Positions 28,179-38,200 of a DNA stretch of 64,000 nt are shown here, piece by piece. Position 1 is the first letter of the stretch; the number at the start of each line of letters is the position of its first letter. The position numbers and the translations under genes were made by a program. Origin of the DNA: an uncultured Bacteroidota bacterium. GTDB lineage: Bacteria > Bacteroidota > Bacteroidia > Flavobacteriales > Flavobacteriaceae. The notes below the pieces were generated by a model that was given only the letters and a program-made list of their open reading frames with translations, ran no database searches and had not been told where the DNA came from. The stretch is from the NCBI GenBank assembly GCA_902517895.1, contig CABYEA010000002.1, positions 9,685-73,684 of the forward strand. Reading direction: 5' to 3'.

Positions 28179-30314
28179 TTAAACGTGGCCATTGATAAGT
28201 GATTCAAGAATAGCGCAAGCTGATTCACCTATATTAGAACCAGGACCAAATATACATTTAACTCCTTTATCAAATAAAAAGTCATAATCTTTTTTTGGTA
28301 TTACACCACCAACCACAATCATTTTATCATTACAATCATACTTTTTTAATTCTTTTATCAGATTTGGAACTAAGGTTTTATGACCACCCGCAAGAGATGA
28401 TACTCCAATAATATGCACGTCATTTTCAACTGCCTGTTTGGCAACCTCCTCTGGAGTTTGAAACAATGGCCCTATATCAACATCAAATCCAATATCTGCG
28501 AAACTAGTTGCAATAACTTTAGCTCCTCTATCATGTCCATCTTGTCCAATTTTTGCTATTAAAATTCTAGGTCTTCGCCCATCAATCTCAGCAAATTTAT
28601 CTGAAAGATTTACTGCATTTAAATAAGAACTATTATCCTTCATATTTGATTTATATACACCCGAAAAACTTTTAATTTCAGACTTATAACGTCCAAATTC
28701 TTTTTCCAAAGCAGTGCTTATTTCCCCTAGTGTAGCTCTAGCTTTGGCAGCTTTTATTGATAAAGCTAATAAATTTTTATTTTTTTCCTTTGCGGCTAAA
28801 CTTAGCTCATTCAATATTTCAACTACTTCAGCTTCATTTCGTGTATTTTTTACTTTTTTTAATTTCTTTAGCTGATTATTTTTTACTTTTTGATTATCTA
28901 TTTCTAGAAAATTCATTATTTCCTCTTTCTTCAATTTAAATTTATTGACCCCTACAATTATAAAGTCCTTATTATCAATTTTAGCCTGTTTTCTTGTTGC
29001 GGCCTGTTCAATCCTCATTTTTGGTATTCCTTTTTCAATTGCTTTTGTCATCCCTCCAGCATCATTGATTTCATTAATATGAACCATAGCCCTTTCTATA
29101 AGTTGATCGGTCAAACTTTCAACATAATAACTTCCTCCCCATGGGTCAACTGTATTACAAACATCAATTTCATCTTGAATTATAAGTTGAGTATCTCTGG
29201 CAATTTTTGATGAAAATTTTGTTGGTAATCCAATAGCTTCATCTAATGAATTTGTATGAAGGCTTTGTGTTCCCCCGAAAACCGCTGATAATGCTTCGAT
29301 TGTTGTTCTAGTAATATTATTAAATGGCTCCTGTTCAGACAGACTCCAACCACTGGTTTGACAGTGAGCACGAAGACAATATGATTTATCATTTTCAGGA
29401 TTAAATTGCTCCATTAATTTTGCCCACAGAAAACGAGCTGCTCTCATTTTAGCTATTTCCATAAAGTGATTCATCCCAATTCCCCAAAAAAACGAGAATC
29501 TGTTGGCAAATTCGTCAACTTTAAGACCAGCATTAATTCCTGTTTTAACATATTCAATTCCATTTGCTAAGGTGTAAGCAAGTTCCAGATCAGCACTTGC
29601 ACCAGCTTCTTGCATATGATAACCGGAAATACTTATGCTATTAAATTTTGGCATATTTTTACTAGTAAATTCAAAAATATCCGCTATAATTCTTATTGAT
29701 TCTTCTGGGGGATATATAAAGGTATTTCTTACCATATATTCCTTTAAGATATCATTTTGTATTGTACCTGAAAGTTTAGAAATATCCACTCCTTGCTCTT
29801 CAGCTGCAACAATATAAAATGCCATAATGGGCAAGACAGCCCCATTCATGGTCATTGATACACTCATTTTATCAAGAGGTATGCCTTCAAATAAAATTTT
29901 CATATCCTCAACACTGTCAATCGCAACTCCAGCTTTACCAATATCCCCAATGACCCTAGGATTATCGGAGTCATACCCCCTGTGAGTCGGTAAATCAAAT
30001 GCAACAGAAAGACCTTTTTGACCTGCCTTTAAATTTTGTCTGTAAAATTGATTACTTTCTTTGGCAGTTGAAAAGCCAGCATATTGTCTGATAGTCCAGG
30101 GCCTATTGGTATACATGGATGAATATGGTCCTCTTACAAATGGTGGTAAGCCAGCAATTGAATGAATATGATTATGATTTGATAAATCATTTAAGTTGTA
30201 ATAATTCTTAACAGTGATTTTTTCATCAGTTTCAATTTTTTTTTGTTCATCATTAACCCCTTTTACGGGATTAAAGTCAGCTAAATCAAGTTTATTTAGA
30301 TCTTCTCTAATCAT
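28179..30314 (-). CDS. mutB: methylmalonyl-CoA mutase, large (catalytic, B12-binding) subunit
   Basis: 711 aa. It has [10 protein letters not shown], the barrel domain, the linker after VGVNKF, and a C-terminal cobalamin domain with [11 protein letters not shown] (DxHxxG). Confidence 0.95.
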   Translation of the reverse strand: MIREDLNKLDLADFNPVKGVNDEQKKIETDEKITVKNYYNLNDLSNHNHIHSIAGLPPFVRGPYSSMYTNRPWTIRQYAGFSTAKESNQFYRQNLKAGQKGLSVAFDLPTHRGYDSDNPRVIGDIGKAGVAIDSVEDMKILFEGIPLDKMSVSMTMNGAVLPIMAFYIVAAEEQGVDISKLSGTIQNDILKEYMVRNTFIYPPEESIRIIADIFEFTSKNMPKFNSISISGYHMQEAGASADLELAYTLANGIEYVKTGINAGLKVDEFANRFSFFWGIGMNHFMEIAKMRAARFLWAKLMEQFNPENDKSYCLRAHCQTSGWSLSEQEPFNNITRTTIEALSAVFGGTQSLHTNSLDEAIGLPTKFSSKIARDTQLIIQDEIDVCNTVDPWGGSYYVESLTDQLIERAMVHINEINDAGGMTKAIEKGIPKMRIEQAATRKQAKIDNKDFIIVGVNKFKLKKEEIMNFLEIDNQKVKNNQLKKLKKVKNTRNEAEVVEILNELSLAAKEKNKNLLALSIKAAKARATLGEISTALEKEFGRYKSEIKSFSGVYKSNMKDNSSYLNAVNLSDKFAEIDGRRPRILIAKIGQDGHDRGAKVIATSFADIGFDVDIGPLFQTPEEVAKQAVENDVHIIGVSSLAGGHKTLVPNLIKELKKYDCNDKMIVVGGVIPKKDYDFLFDKGVKCIFGPGSNIGESACAILESLINGHV

Positions 30315-31434
30315 TTATAAATTTATTTTGTCCAACTAAAACTTTATCTCCTGACTCATATTGTTCTTTTTCCTTTTTGTCGTTCAACAAAATCTCTTGA
30401 AAAATAATTTGATTTTTTTGATCATTGAAGTATCCGCCATTATTTTCAATTTTCTTTATTAAATTAAGAGATTTTTCAGCCAATTTTTCAATTAAATATG
30501 TAATATAATAACTACCACCTATTGCATTATTAACTGATTCAATTGATGTTTCATGTTTTAGAATTAAAAGTTGATTATTAGTAATTCTTTGAGAAAACTC
30601 GTTTTCATGATTAAATTTTATGTCATAAGGAATAGATTTTATAAAATTACAACCGCCTAATATTCCTGACATACACTCAGATGTAGTTCTAATTATATTA
30701 TTATTATAATTTTTAGTTGTTTTATTTTTAGTTGTTGGCTTTGCAGTGATAATACAATCATCTATTTGATTCCCATATTTCTTTGAAATAATACTCCACA
30801 AAATCCTTAAGGCTTGAATTTTAGCAATTTCAAAAAAATAATTATTTCCCTGAATTAACTCAAATGATATTTTGCCAAATAGAGCTTTTCCAAATTTATT
30901 AACATAATCAATTGCAACTGAGAGGGTAAATGCGATTTCTTGAACGATATTTGCTCCAGAGTTTTTAAAAAATTCTGAAGATAAATTTAATCTGAGGTTT
31001 TCTCGATCAAATTTATTTAAGTCTATTGGTTTATTGCTGTCTAAGTTAGGTTCAATTAATAGTTTAAATTCAGAATTATATTTTACAGGCCTTTCCGATT
31101 TAAAATATATATTTCCTTGAGATAAAAAAGAATTATCAATCAATTGATCTTCATAATTACTTATAATTAAATTTTTTATTTCGTTTTCATATAATCGCTT
31201 TATCTCTTCATTTAGGTCAGTAGTTTTATTGCATTTTATCTCGTTGATAATATTCCATTCTTTAGGAAAGAATAACGTTTCAGGATTAACTAAAGACTTT
31301 CTGTTGTAGGAGTAATGAGGAGAAATAGTGATGCCCTCGTTGGTTATAGAAAATAATTTTTTATAACGATCCTCCCCAAGATCTAAAATTATTTTATCTC
31401 TCCATTCTTTTTCTAGATTTTTTGATTCTTTCAT
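30307..31434 (-). CDS. mutA: methylmalonyl-CoA mutase small-subunit-like protein, barrel domain only
   Basis: 375 aa with an MCM-like N-terminus (W..K....L....[10 protein letters not shown]). It ends at VGQNKFIND and overlaps mutB by 8 nt. Confidence 0.7.
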   Translation of the reverse strand: MKESKNLEKEWRDKIILDLGEDRYKKLFSITNEGITISPHYSYNRKSLVNPETLFFPKEWNIINEIKCNKTTDLNEEIKRLYENEIKNLIISNYEDQLIDNSFLSQGNIYFKSERPVKYNSEFKLLIEPNLDSNKPIDLNKFDRENLRLNLSSEFFKNSGANIVQEIAFTLSVAIDYVNKFGKALFGKISFELIQGNNYFFEIAKIQALRILWSIISKKYGNQIDDCIITAKPTTKNKTTKNYNNNIIRTTSECMSGILGGCNFIKSIPYDIKFNHENEFSQRITNNQLLILKHETSIESVNNAIGGSYYITYLIEKLAEKSLNLIKKIENNGGYFNDQKNQIIFQEILLNDKKEKEQYESGDKVLVGQNKFIND

Positions 31435-31734
31435 TTAATCAGAAATTGTATCATATTCAATCAGAAAAATTTCTTCATTATCTTTTTTCATGAATAATTT
31501 TTCTCTCGCATATTTTTCAAGACCTGAGTCTGATTGTATCAATTGTAACTCTATATTATCTTTCTTTATTTCCTTTTTATAGTAAGATTTTTGATTATCT
31601 AATTCATTTATATCATTATTTAACTCATTGTGTATAATAAATGAATTACTGTCAAAAAAAATCATCCAAATAATGAATAAAATTATAATGATTCCATAAG
31701 TGCTCTTAATCAATTTTAAAAGTCTATTTTTCAT
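31435..31734 (-). CDS. septum formation initiator (FtsB/DivIC family)
   Basis: 99 aa with one transmembrane segment (GIIIILFIIWMIFF) and a coiled coil (INELDNQKSYYKKEIKKD), ending in YAREKLFMKKDNEEIF. Confidence 0.75.
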   Translation of the reverse strand: MKNRLLKLIKSTYGIIIILFIIWMIFFDSNSFIIHNELNNDINELDNQKSYYKKEIKKDNIELQLIQSDSGLEKYAREKLFMKKDNEEIFLIEYDTISD

Positions 31735-32342
31735 TTGATATTCTTTTTAATAATGTCAATGAGAAGATCAATTTTAGTATTATTTTCTGTGTCTAAAACT
31801 AAATCACATTCTTTTTTCATTGGTTCTACATGAGTTTGATGCATCTTATCCAGACGATTTTCAAATAATTTAATCACATCTTCATAACTTCTTCCCCTTT
31901 CACTTATATCTCTCTCAAGTCTTCTTTTAAATCTTGTATCTCTAGAACAATTAAGGAAAACATTGTAATCAATTTGATCTCTTAAAGTTCTATTACTAAG
32001 AATTAATATACCTTCAATTATTAAAATTTTTTTTGACTTAAATAATGTTGAGGTACTAAGCCTAAGGTGTGTGTTAAAACAGTAATGGGGTACATCAATA
32101 TCTTGGTCATTTTTTAGAAGTTTAATATGATTATTAAGTAAATCAAAGTCTATTGCATCAGGTGTGTCATAATTTAACTTATCTCTCTCACTAAAGTTTA
32201 AATTGCTGTTGTCTTTATAATATGAATCCGAAGATAATAAGCCAATATTTGATTGATTAAACAATTTATTTATTTTATTAATAACCGTAGTTTTACCACT
32301 CCCTGTACCACCTGTGATTCCGATAATGAACATGCTATTCAA
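31731..32342 (-). CDS. udk: uridine kinase
   Basis: 203 aa. It has the P-loop GITGGTGSGKTT, plus NYDTPDAIDFDLL and IIEGIL motifs. Confidence 0.9.
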   Translation of the reverse strand: MNSMFIIGITGGTGSGKTTVINKINKLFNQSNIGLLSSDSYYKDNSNLNFSERDKLNYDTPDAIDFDLLNNHIKLLKNDQDIDVPHYCFNTHLRLSTSTLFKSKKILIIEGILILSNRTLRDQIDYNVFLNCSRDTRFKRRLERDISERGRSYEDVIKLFENRLDKMHQTHVEPMKKECDLVLDTENNTKIDLLIDIIKKNIK

Positions 32343-33411
32343 TTATTTTAATAATACCCAAATTTTCAACTCCGACATATATGTTTTTATCACTATCTAA
32401 TTCAATAGATCTAACCCTTCCAATTTGATCCAATAATCTATTTTCCTTAATGATTTCCCCGTTTTCAATTACACATTGATGAAGATATTGAAATTTTAAA
32501 GATCCTATTAGTATACTTTTATTCAATGTTGGATAATTTGGATTATCAATATATACCATTCCACTAGGTGCAATAGAAGGAACCCAATAATGAATTGGGT
32601 CAATCATTCCTCTAATAGAAGTTTTATCGGTAAATTTTGTTCCAATATAATTTATTCCGTAACTAGCCAATGGCCATCCATAATTATTCCCAGACTTAAT
32701 TATATTTATTTCATCGCCTCCTCTTGGACCGTGTTCATTTATCCATATCTTATCCTCATTTTTATCATAGAACATCCCTTGAGGATTCCTATGTCCATAG
32801 CTGAATATTGCTTTTTTTGAATTTTTTTCATTTACGAAGGGGTTATCAACAGGAATTCTTCCATCATCATGTAATCTGTAAATTTTACCACCATCTCTTG
32901 TAACATCTTGAGGATTAAGATCTCTATTTCCTCGATCACCAATACTAAAGAAAATATAATTTTCTTTATCAAAAACTATTCTACTTCCATAATGTAAAGT
33001 TCTTTTACTATTCGGGGTTGCTTTATATATAATTTCTTGATTTTCTGCTGAGTCATCATTTAATTTGAATCTTAAAATAGTTGTATTTGTTCCAGGACTT
33101 TTGTCATTAGAAGAGGAATAAGATATATAAACCCAGTTATTTTCTGAGTAATTTGGGTGCAGCTCAATATCTAAAAGTCCTCCTTGATTTTTTGAGATGA
33201 TTTCAGGAAGATTTTTGATTTTATTTCTGACACCATTTTTAAAATGGATTAATTCACCCTTTCTTTCAGTTATTAAAATTGAATTATCAGGCAAAAAAAC
33301 AAATGCCCATGGAACCTCAAGCTCATCAACAACTAATTCATATTTTAACTCATTTGAATATAAATTATTTAGAAAACAAAAAATAACTAATAATTGAACA
33401 AATTTCTTCAT
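32335..33411 (-). CDS. PQQ-dependent soluble sugar (aldose/sorbosone) dehydrogenase, secreted
   Basis: 358 aa with a signal peptide. Beta-propeller motifs are QGGLLDI, HYGSRIVF, SYGHRNPQG and GPRGGDEIN. Confidence 0.8.
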   Translation of the reverse strand: MKKFVQLLVIFCFLNNLYSNELKYELVVDELEVPWAFVFLPDNSILITERKGELIHFKNGVRNKIKNLPEIISKNQGGLLDIELHPNYSENNWVYISYSSSNDKSPGTNTTILRFKLNDDSAENQEIIYKATPNSKRTLHYGSRIVFDKENYIFFSIGDRGNRDLNPQDVTRDGGKIYRLHDDGRIPVDNPFVNEKNSKKAIFSYGHRNPQGMFYDKNEDKIWINEHGPRGGDEINIIKSGNNYGWPLASYGINYIGTKFTDKTSIRGMIDPIHYWVPSIAPSGMVYIDNPNYPTLNKSILIGSLKFQYLHQCVIENGEIIKENRLLDQIGRVRSIELDSDKNIYVGVENLGIIKIIE

Positions 33412-33478
33412 ATAATGAAATTACAAAAAACTAGTTATTAAATGCTAAAACGAATGCCTCAAATAAACAATAATTACA

Positions 33479-33486
33479 TATTTTTG
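33479..33486 (+). promoter_or_regulatory. -7 promoter box (TATTTTTG) upstream of trxB
   Basis: Matches TAnnTTTG and ends 13 nt before the ATG at 33500. Confidence 0.3.
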
Positions 33487-33499
33487 TTAATCAAATAAA

Positions 33500-34438
33500 A
33501 TGATGATGAGTGAAAAAATAAATTGTCTTATTATCGGATCAGGTCCTGCTGGATATACTGCTGCAATATATGCAGCTAGAGCAAATATGAATCCTGTTTT
33601 GTATCAAGGAATACAACCAGGAGGTCAGTTGACCACAACTACTGATGTTGAAAATTTTCCAGGTTATCCAGACGGAATTTCTGGCCCTGACATGATGATT
33701 GAATTACAAAAGCAAGCTAAAAGATTTGGTACCGATATAAGAAATGGTTGGATAACTAAGGTTGATTTTAGCAATCAATTAAAATTGTGGGTTAATGATG
33801 AGCATGAGTTAGATTGTAAAAGTGTAATTATTTCCACAGGTGCCTCTGCAAAATATTTAGGTTTGGAATCAGAAAAAAAATATTTGGATTGTGGAGGGGG
33901 AGTGTCAGCCTGCGCTGTATGTGATGGGTTTTTTTATAAGAACCAAGAAGTAGTGATTGTTGGTGGTGGTGATTCTGCATGTGAGGAGGCTCATTATCTC
34001 TCAAAATTATGTAGTAAGGTAACAATGCTTGTAAGAAGAGATGAATTTAGAGCTTCAAAAATTATGCAAGAAAGGGTAAAGAAAACAGAAAATATCGAGA
34101 TTCTTTTTAACACATCGACAGTGGAGGTAAAGGGTGATGGTCAAGTTGTCACATCGATACTAACCAAAAATAATATTACCGAGGAGTTAAAAGATATTCC
34201 GGCAACTGGATTTTTTGTTGCAATAGGGCACAATCCTAACACTGATATTTTCAAGCCCTTTTTAAATATGGATTCAACAGGTTATATTATAAATGAACTA
34301 GGTTCAACTAAAACTAATGTTGAGGGAGTTTTTGTTTCCGGTGATGCAGCAGATCATACTTATAGGCAAGCTATAACTGCAGCTGGAACAGGCTGTATGG
34401 CAGCACTAGATGCTGAAAGATACTTAGCAGCACTTTAA
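33500..34438 (+). CDS. trxB: thioredoxin-disulfide reductase
   Basis: 312 aa. It has the FAD-binding motif IIGSGPAGYTAA, the redox-active CAVCDG and the NADPH-binding motif VVGGGDSACEEA. Confidence 0.95.
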   Translation: MMMSEKINCLIIGSGPAGYTAAIYAARANMNPVLYQGIQPGGQLTTTTDVENFPGYPDGISGPDMMIELQKQAKRFGTDIRNGWITKVDFSNQLKLWVNDEHELDCKSVIISTGASAKYLGLESEKKYLDCGGGVSACAVCDGFFYKNQEVVIVGGGDSACEEAHYLSKLCSKVTMLVRRDEFRASKIMQERVKKTENIEILFNTSTVEVKGDGQVVTSILTKNNITEELKDIPATGFFVAIGHNPNTDIFKPFLNMDSTGYIINELGSTKTNVEGVFVSGDAADHTYRQAITAAGTGCMAALDAERYLAAL

Positions 34439-34458
34439 ATTTTAAATCAGATTAAGGT

Positions 34459-35256
34459 ATGCAATTTTTTAAAAGAAACCCTTTTGGACACGTACTCTTT
34501 TTAAAAAAGTGGCTTATAAGAATACTTGGCGCTTATAGTCACCGTAGGTATCGAGGCTTTAATGAATTAAAAATTGAGGGATCTGAAATTATTAGAAATT
34601 TAAATGATTCTAACGTACTATTTATTTCAAACCATCAAACATATTTCGCTGATGTTGTAGCTATGCTTCATGTATTTAATGCTAGTTTGAAAGGAAGAGT
34701 TGATTCTATCAAAAACATTAGTTATTTATGGAATCCAAAACTTAATATATATTTTATAGCTGCAAAAGAAACTATGAATGCAGGTTTAATACCAAAGATC
34801 TTAGCTTATGCAGGTTCAGTTAGCATTGAAAGAACTTGGAGAAGTAATGGTGAAGACGTAAATAGAAAAGTGAAATTTAGTGATATTTCAAATATAGGAA
34901 AAGCATTAAATGATGGTTGGGTCATCACCTTTCCTCAAGGTACTATTACTCCTTTCAAGCCAGTAAGGAAAGGTACAGCATTTCTGATTAAGCAATATAA
35001 ACCAGTGGTGGTTCCAATTGTTATTGATGGTTTTAGGAGGTCCTTTGATAAAAAAGGTCTTAGAGTAAAGAAAAAAAATATTCTTCAGACGATGATCATA
35101 AAGGAGCCTCTTAAAATTGATTATGAAAACGAATCCACAGATGATATCATCGATAAAATAGCTTACTCTATTGAGCAACATGAAACATTTCTAAAGGTGA
35201 TTTCGCAAAATGAATTAAATAGTGAATCTGAGCTTAATAAAGAAAGGGAATTTTAA
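34459..35256 (+). CDS. lysophospholipid/1-acyl-glycerol-3-phosphate acyltransferase family protein
   Basis: 265 aa. The acyltransferase block is FISNHQTYFAD, followed by a later FPQGT block. Confidence 0.65.
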   Translation: MQFFKRNPFGHVLFLKKWLIRILGAYSHRRYRGFNELKIEGSEIIRNLNDSNVLFISNHQTYFADVVAMLHVFNASLKGRVDSIKNISYLWNPKLNIYFIAAKETMNAGLIPKILAYAGSVSIERTWRSNGEDVNRKVKFSDISNIGKALNDGWVITFPQGTITPFKPVRKGTAFLIKQYKPVVVPIVIDGFRRSFDKKGLRVKKKNILQTMIIKEPLKIDYENESTDDIIDKIAYSIEQHETFLKVISQNELNSESELNKEREF

Positions 35257-35705
35257 TTTTGAAAATAAGCACCTTCTTCAATAATTTCATTCACTTGTGT
35301 TGAGACTCTTAGAAAAGTATCTAAATCCGATTGGTCAATTCTAGATCTTAATAAATTTTTAAATTGTCTTATTTTTTGTATAACAATTTCTCTTTTGCTA
35401 AGTCCAAGCTTGGTTAGAGATATTATAACGCCCCTTCCGTCATTTGGGTTTGGCCTTCTGTTAATTAGATGTTTATTTTCCATTGAATTTAATATCCTTG
35501 AAATACTATTTGATTCTAATCCCATAATTGGACCTATTGAAGTAGATGGGCTACCGTTTTCTGGGTCAATACTAATTAAAGTAAAGCCAATTGAAAATGT
35601 TAAATCATATTTTAATGCTTCGTTGTTATACATTTTTTCAATCTTTTTCCAACCTTGCCTCAAAACAAAATCAACTCTACTTTTAAAATCTTTATTGACA
35701 ATCAT
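35253..35705 (-). CDS. MarR-family transcriptional regulator
   Basis: 150 aa with a winged HTH (ISRILNSMENKHLINRRPNPNDGRGVIISLTKLG). Confidence 0.75.
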   Translation of the reverse strand: MIVNKDFKSRVDFVLRQGWKKIEKMYNNEALKYDLTFSIGFTLISIDPENGSPSTSIGPIMGLESNSISRILNSMENKHLINRRPNPNDGRGVIISLTKLGLSKREIVIQKIRQFKNLLRSRIDQSDLDTFLRVSTQVNEIIEEGAYFQN

Positions 35706-35727
35706 AGTTTAAAATAAATCAACATAT

Positions 35728-35739
35728 TATGCATGCATA
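35728..35739. promoter_or_regulatory. perfect 12-bp palindrome TATGCATGCATA, candidate MarR operator
   Basis: It lies 23-34 nt upstream of the marR-family ATG at 35705, in a 53-nt intergenic gap. Confidence 0.35.
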
Positions 35740-35758
35740 GTAAATTTAAGAAATTATT

Positions 35759-38161
35759 TTACTTTTTTATAATTCTCTTAACTTCAATCATTTCTCTAGA
35801 AAATATTTTGACTAGGTAAATACCAGAACTTAATTGAGATAGTTTTACTCTTTTTATATTTTCTTTTTCTTGTACCAAGAGTTTTTTACCAAATAAATCA
35901 TAAATTTCGATTTTAGATATTTCATTATTTGAGTAAATATTTATATAATTAGTTAATGGGTTGGGGTATATTTTAAATATAGTTTGATCAACTTCATCAG
36001 CATTTAAGTTTTCCGAGAGACCCTTTATTTTAAAGTTGTCAAAATAGAATCCATCTCTGCGCAATCCCCCATCTGTATATAGTTTAAATCTGACTAAAAT
36101 TTCTTCACCTATAAAATCTGTTAATGATATGCTTTCATTAATCCAATCGGATTGATTTCCATCGTATAGAGGTTCACCTAATGCATAATCATGTGTTTCA
36201 ATACCTTTGGCTGTATATTTTCCACATTGGGGGATCCATGAATTTCCATTATCATTAGAAATTTCCAGTTGAACATAATCATATCCTGATTCAATATTCC
36301 ACTTAGCATCAAAATTGATTTCGGCATAAATTAAGCCAGAAAGATTGACTGGCTGAACTAGTTGAATAATTTCCTCCGCGTTGTTTCTGTAATTGGAGTA
36401 CGGTGAGTCAGTAATGCTTGTTTGTGGAGAAAAATAGTCTTCATATGTGTTAGACCATTCAGATGTGTTAGTCCAATAATTAGTATAATTATCACTATCA
36501 TCTTCTAATATTAATAAGGGCTGCCCGTAAATTTTACTTACTAATATTTCCTCTTCAAAAACCCCATTATTTATAATATACTTATAAATTATGTTTTCTC
36601 CAATTTCAATTGATTCATTTAAATTAATTTGAATAGTACTGTAAATTATATCACCTAATGGCAAAGAATTAAAATTAATATTTGATGAAACTGAAGAAAT
36701 ATTTGATGAAACTGGTATTATAGAAACTAAAAAATCTCCTTCGTCAATTCCTAATCTTTGAATACTAAAACTTGACTCAAAGTTTAAGCCTGAAATAAAG
36801 TTCGGTGTATTATCTTCTATTTTCGCATAATTTCCGGTAATTTTTGCAGAAGTTAAGTTCAAATGAATCATTCCTTTACAAAGATCCTCTATGGTTGAGG
36901 TTTGTGGCCAAAATGAGCTACCAATTTCAGGTGTCATTGCAAATATTTTTTCTCTAATTTGGTTATTTTCAGTGATTAGCATACCGTACATATAATCGTC
37001 ACTGTCACCCGAAGCTGGATATAGGTCTGCACTGATAATATTATTAAAATTATTTTCGCTGACAAGTTGTGAGGAAATGAATTCAAAAATATCATTATCT
37101 TCTGTAGGCTGATTGTAATCATATCCATATGGGTAAAGAAGTAAATTACCATAAGTATGATTATTAAGTGCTAATTTGAAGTTATTAGTTTCAACTAAAT
37201 ATCTAATTGCCCTATTTTCAGCTTCTGAAAAAGGTTCATCACCAGCATAGGTTTGGCCGTCAAATTCAGATGAGGTTCCAGTTGTATTCCAAAGTTCATT
37301 ACCATTTTCATCAATGTATGAGTAATTTCTATTATTATCAACCCCATATTCGTTACGTCTATTTTTTCTCCACATACCACCTCCACTGGGTTGTGATATT
37401 TCATTAAATATATAACCATCTGGATTAACACATGGCACAAAATATAGCTCTGTGTTGTTTATAATTTGCCTTACTGTATTATTTGTGTCGTAGTTTTCAA
37501 GAAGATACCACATGAAGTATATAAGTTGTTGCATAGAGGCTGGTTCTCTTGCATGATGAAGAGCAGTATATAATATTTGGGGCTCTTCGTCATTTACGTT
37601 TGGATTATCAGATATTTTGACATATTGCAGAAATCTCCCTTCGAATGTTTCATGCGTATGAGGGGTTTCAAAATAATTTTCATCTTTAATATCTTCCCTA
37701 GCTGTTATTAAATCTGGATACTGTGTATACATATCGTCAAGTTCACTTAACATTTCATCATAAGTGTAGAAGCCTCCAAAATCATCACCATCTTTAAAAT
37801 CATAGTTTTGCGGAGTATCATAATCATTATTTTGAAAATCGCAGTATTCATCATTTTTATTTACAGATGATCTATCTTTCATATTTCTATTTTGATAAAA
37901 ACTGGTAACATCTTCGATTAATATTTCGTATGAGTAGCCCAATGAGTTGATTTTTCTAAGTTCTTTTCCAGAAAAATCAGAGATAAAAAAATGATTTTTT
38001 TTATGAATACCATGATCTGTACAAACACCATTATTAGCAAGTTTGATCAATTCATCTGAATTTGAGTAGTTAATTTTAATCTTGTAGAAAATGTCCGGAT
38101 TTTGTGAAAACAGAATATTCGTTATTAAAAAAAATATGATGTAATTAATATACTTTTTCAT
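35759..38161 (-). CDS. secreted M14 zinc carboxypeptidase with C-terminal T9SS sorting domain
   Basis: 800 aa with a signal peptide. The M14 region is YTALHHAREPAS...WRKNRR...NNHTYGN, followed by a jellyroll-like domain (GFYFDNFKIKG). The C-terminal tail KIYPNPLTNYINIY...GIYLVKIF is typical of T9SS type A C-terminal domains. Confidence 0.8.
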   Translation of the reverse strand: MKKYINYIIFFLITNILFSQNPDIFYKIKINYSNSDELIKLANNGVCTDHGIHKKNHFFISDFSGKELRKINSLGYSYEILIEDVTSFYQNRNMKDRSSVNKNDEYCDFQNNDYDTPQNYDFKDGDDFGGFYTYDEMLSELDDMYTQYPDLITAREDIKDENYFETPHTHETFEGRFLQYVKISDNPNVNDEEPQILYTALHHAREPASMQQLIYFMWYLLENYDTNNTVRQIINNTELYFVPCVNPDGYIFNEISQPSGGGMWRKNRRNEYGVDNNRNYSYIDENGNELWNTTGTSSEFDGQTYAGDEPFSEAENRAIRYLVETNNFKLALNNHTYGNLLLYPYGYDYNQPTEDNDIFEFISSQLVSENNFNNIISADLYPASGDSDDYMYGMLITENNQIREKIFAMTPEIGSSFWPQTSTIEDLCKGMIHLNLTSAKITGNYAKIEDNTPNFISGLNFESSFSIQRLGIDEGDFLVSIIPVSSNISSVSSNINFNSLPLGDIIYSTIQINLNESIEIGENIIYKYIINNGVFEEEILVSKIYGQPLLILEDDSDNYTNYWTNTSEWSNTYEDYFSPQTSITDSPYSNYRNNAEEIIQLVQPVNLSGLIYAEINFDAKWNIESGYDYVQLEISNDNGNSWIPQCGKYTAKGIETHDYALGEPLYDGNQSDWINESISLTDFIGEEILVRFKLYTDGGLRRDGFYFDNFKIKGLSENLNADEVDQTIFKIYPNPLTNYINIYSNNEISKIEIYDLFGKKLLVQEKENIKRVKLSQLSSGIYLVKIFSREMIEVKRIIKK

Positions 38162-38200
38162 GACTTACAATGAAAATGGCAAATATTATTCCGAAATGGA

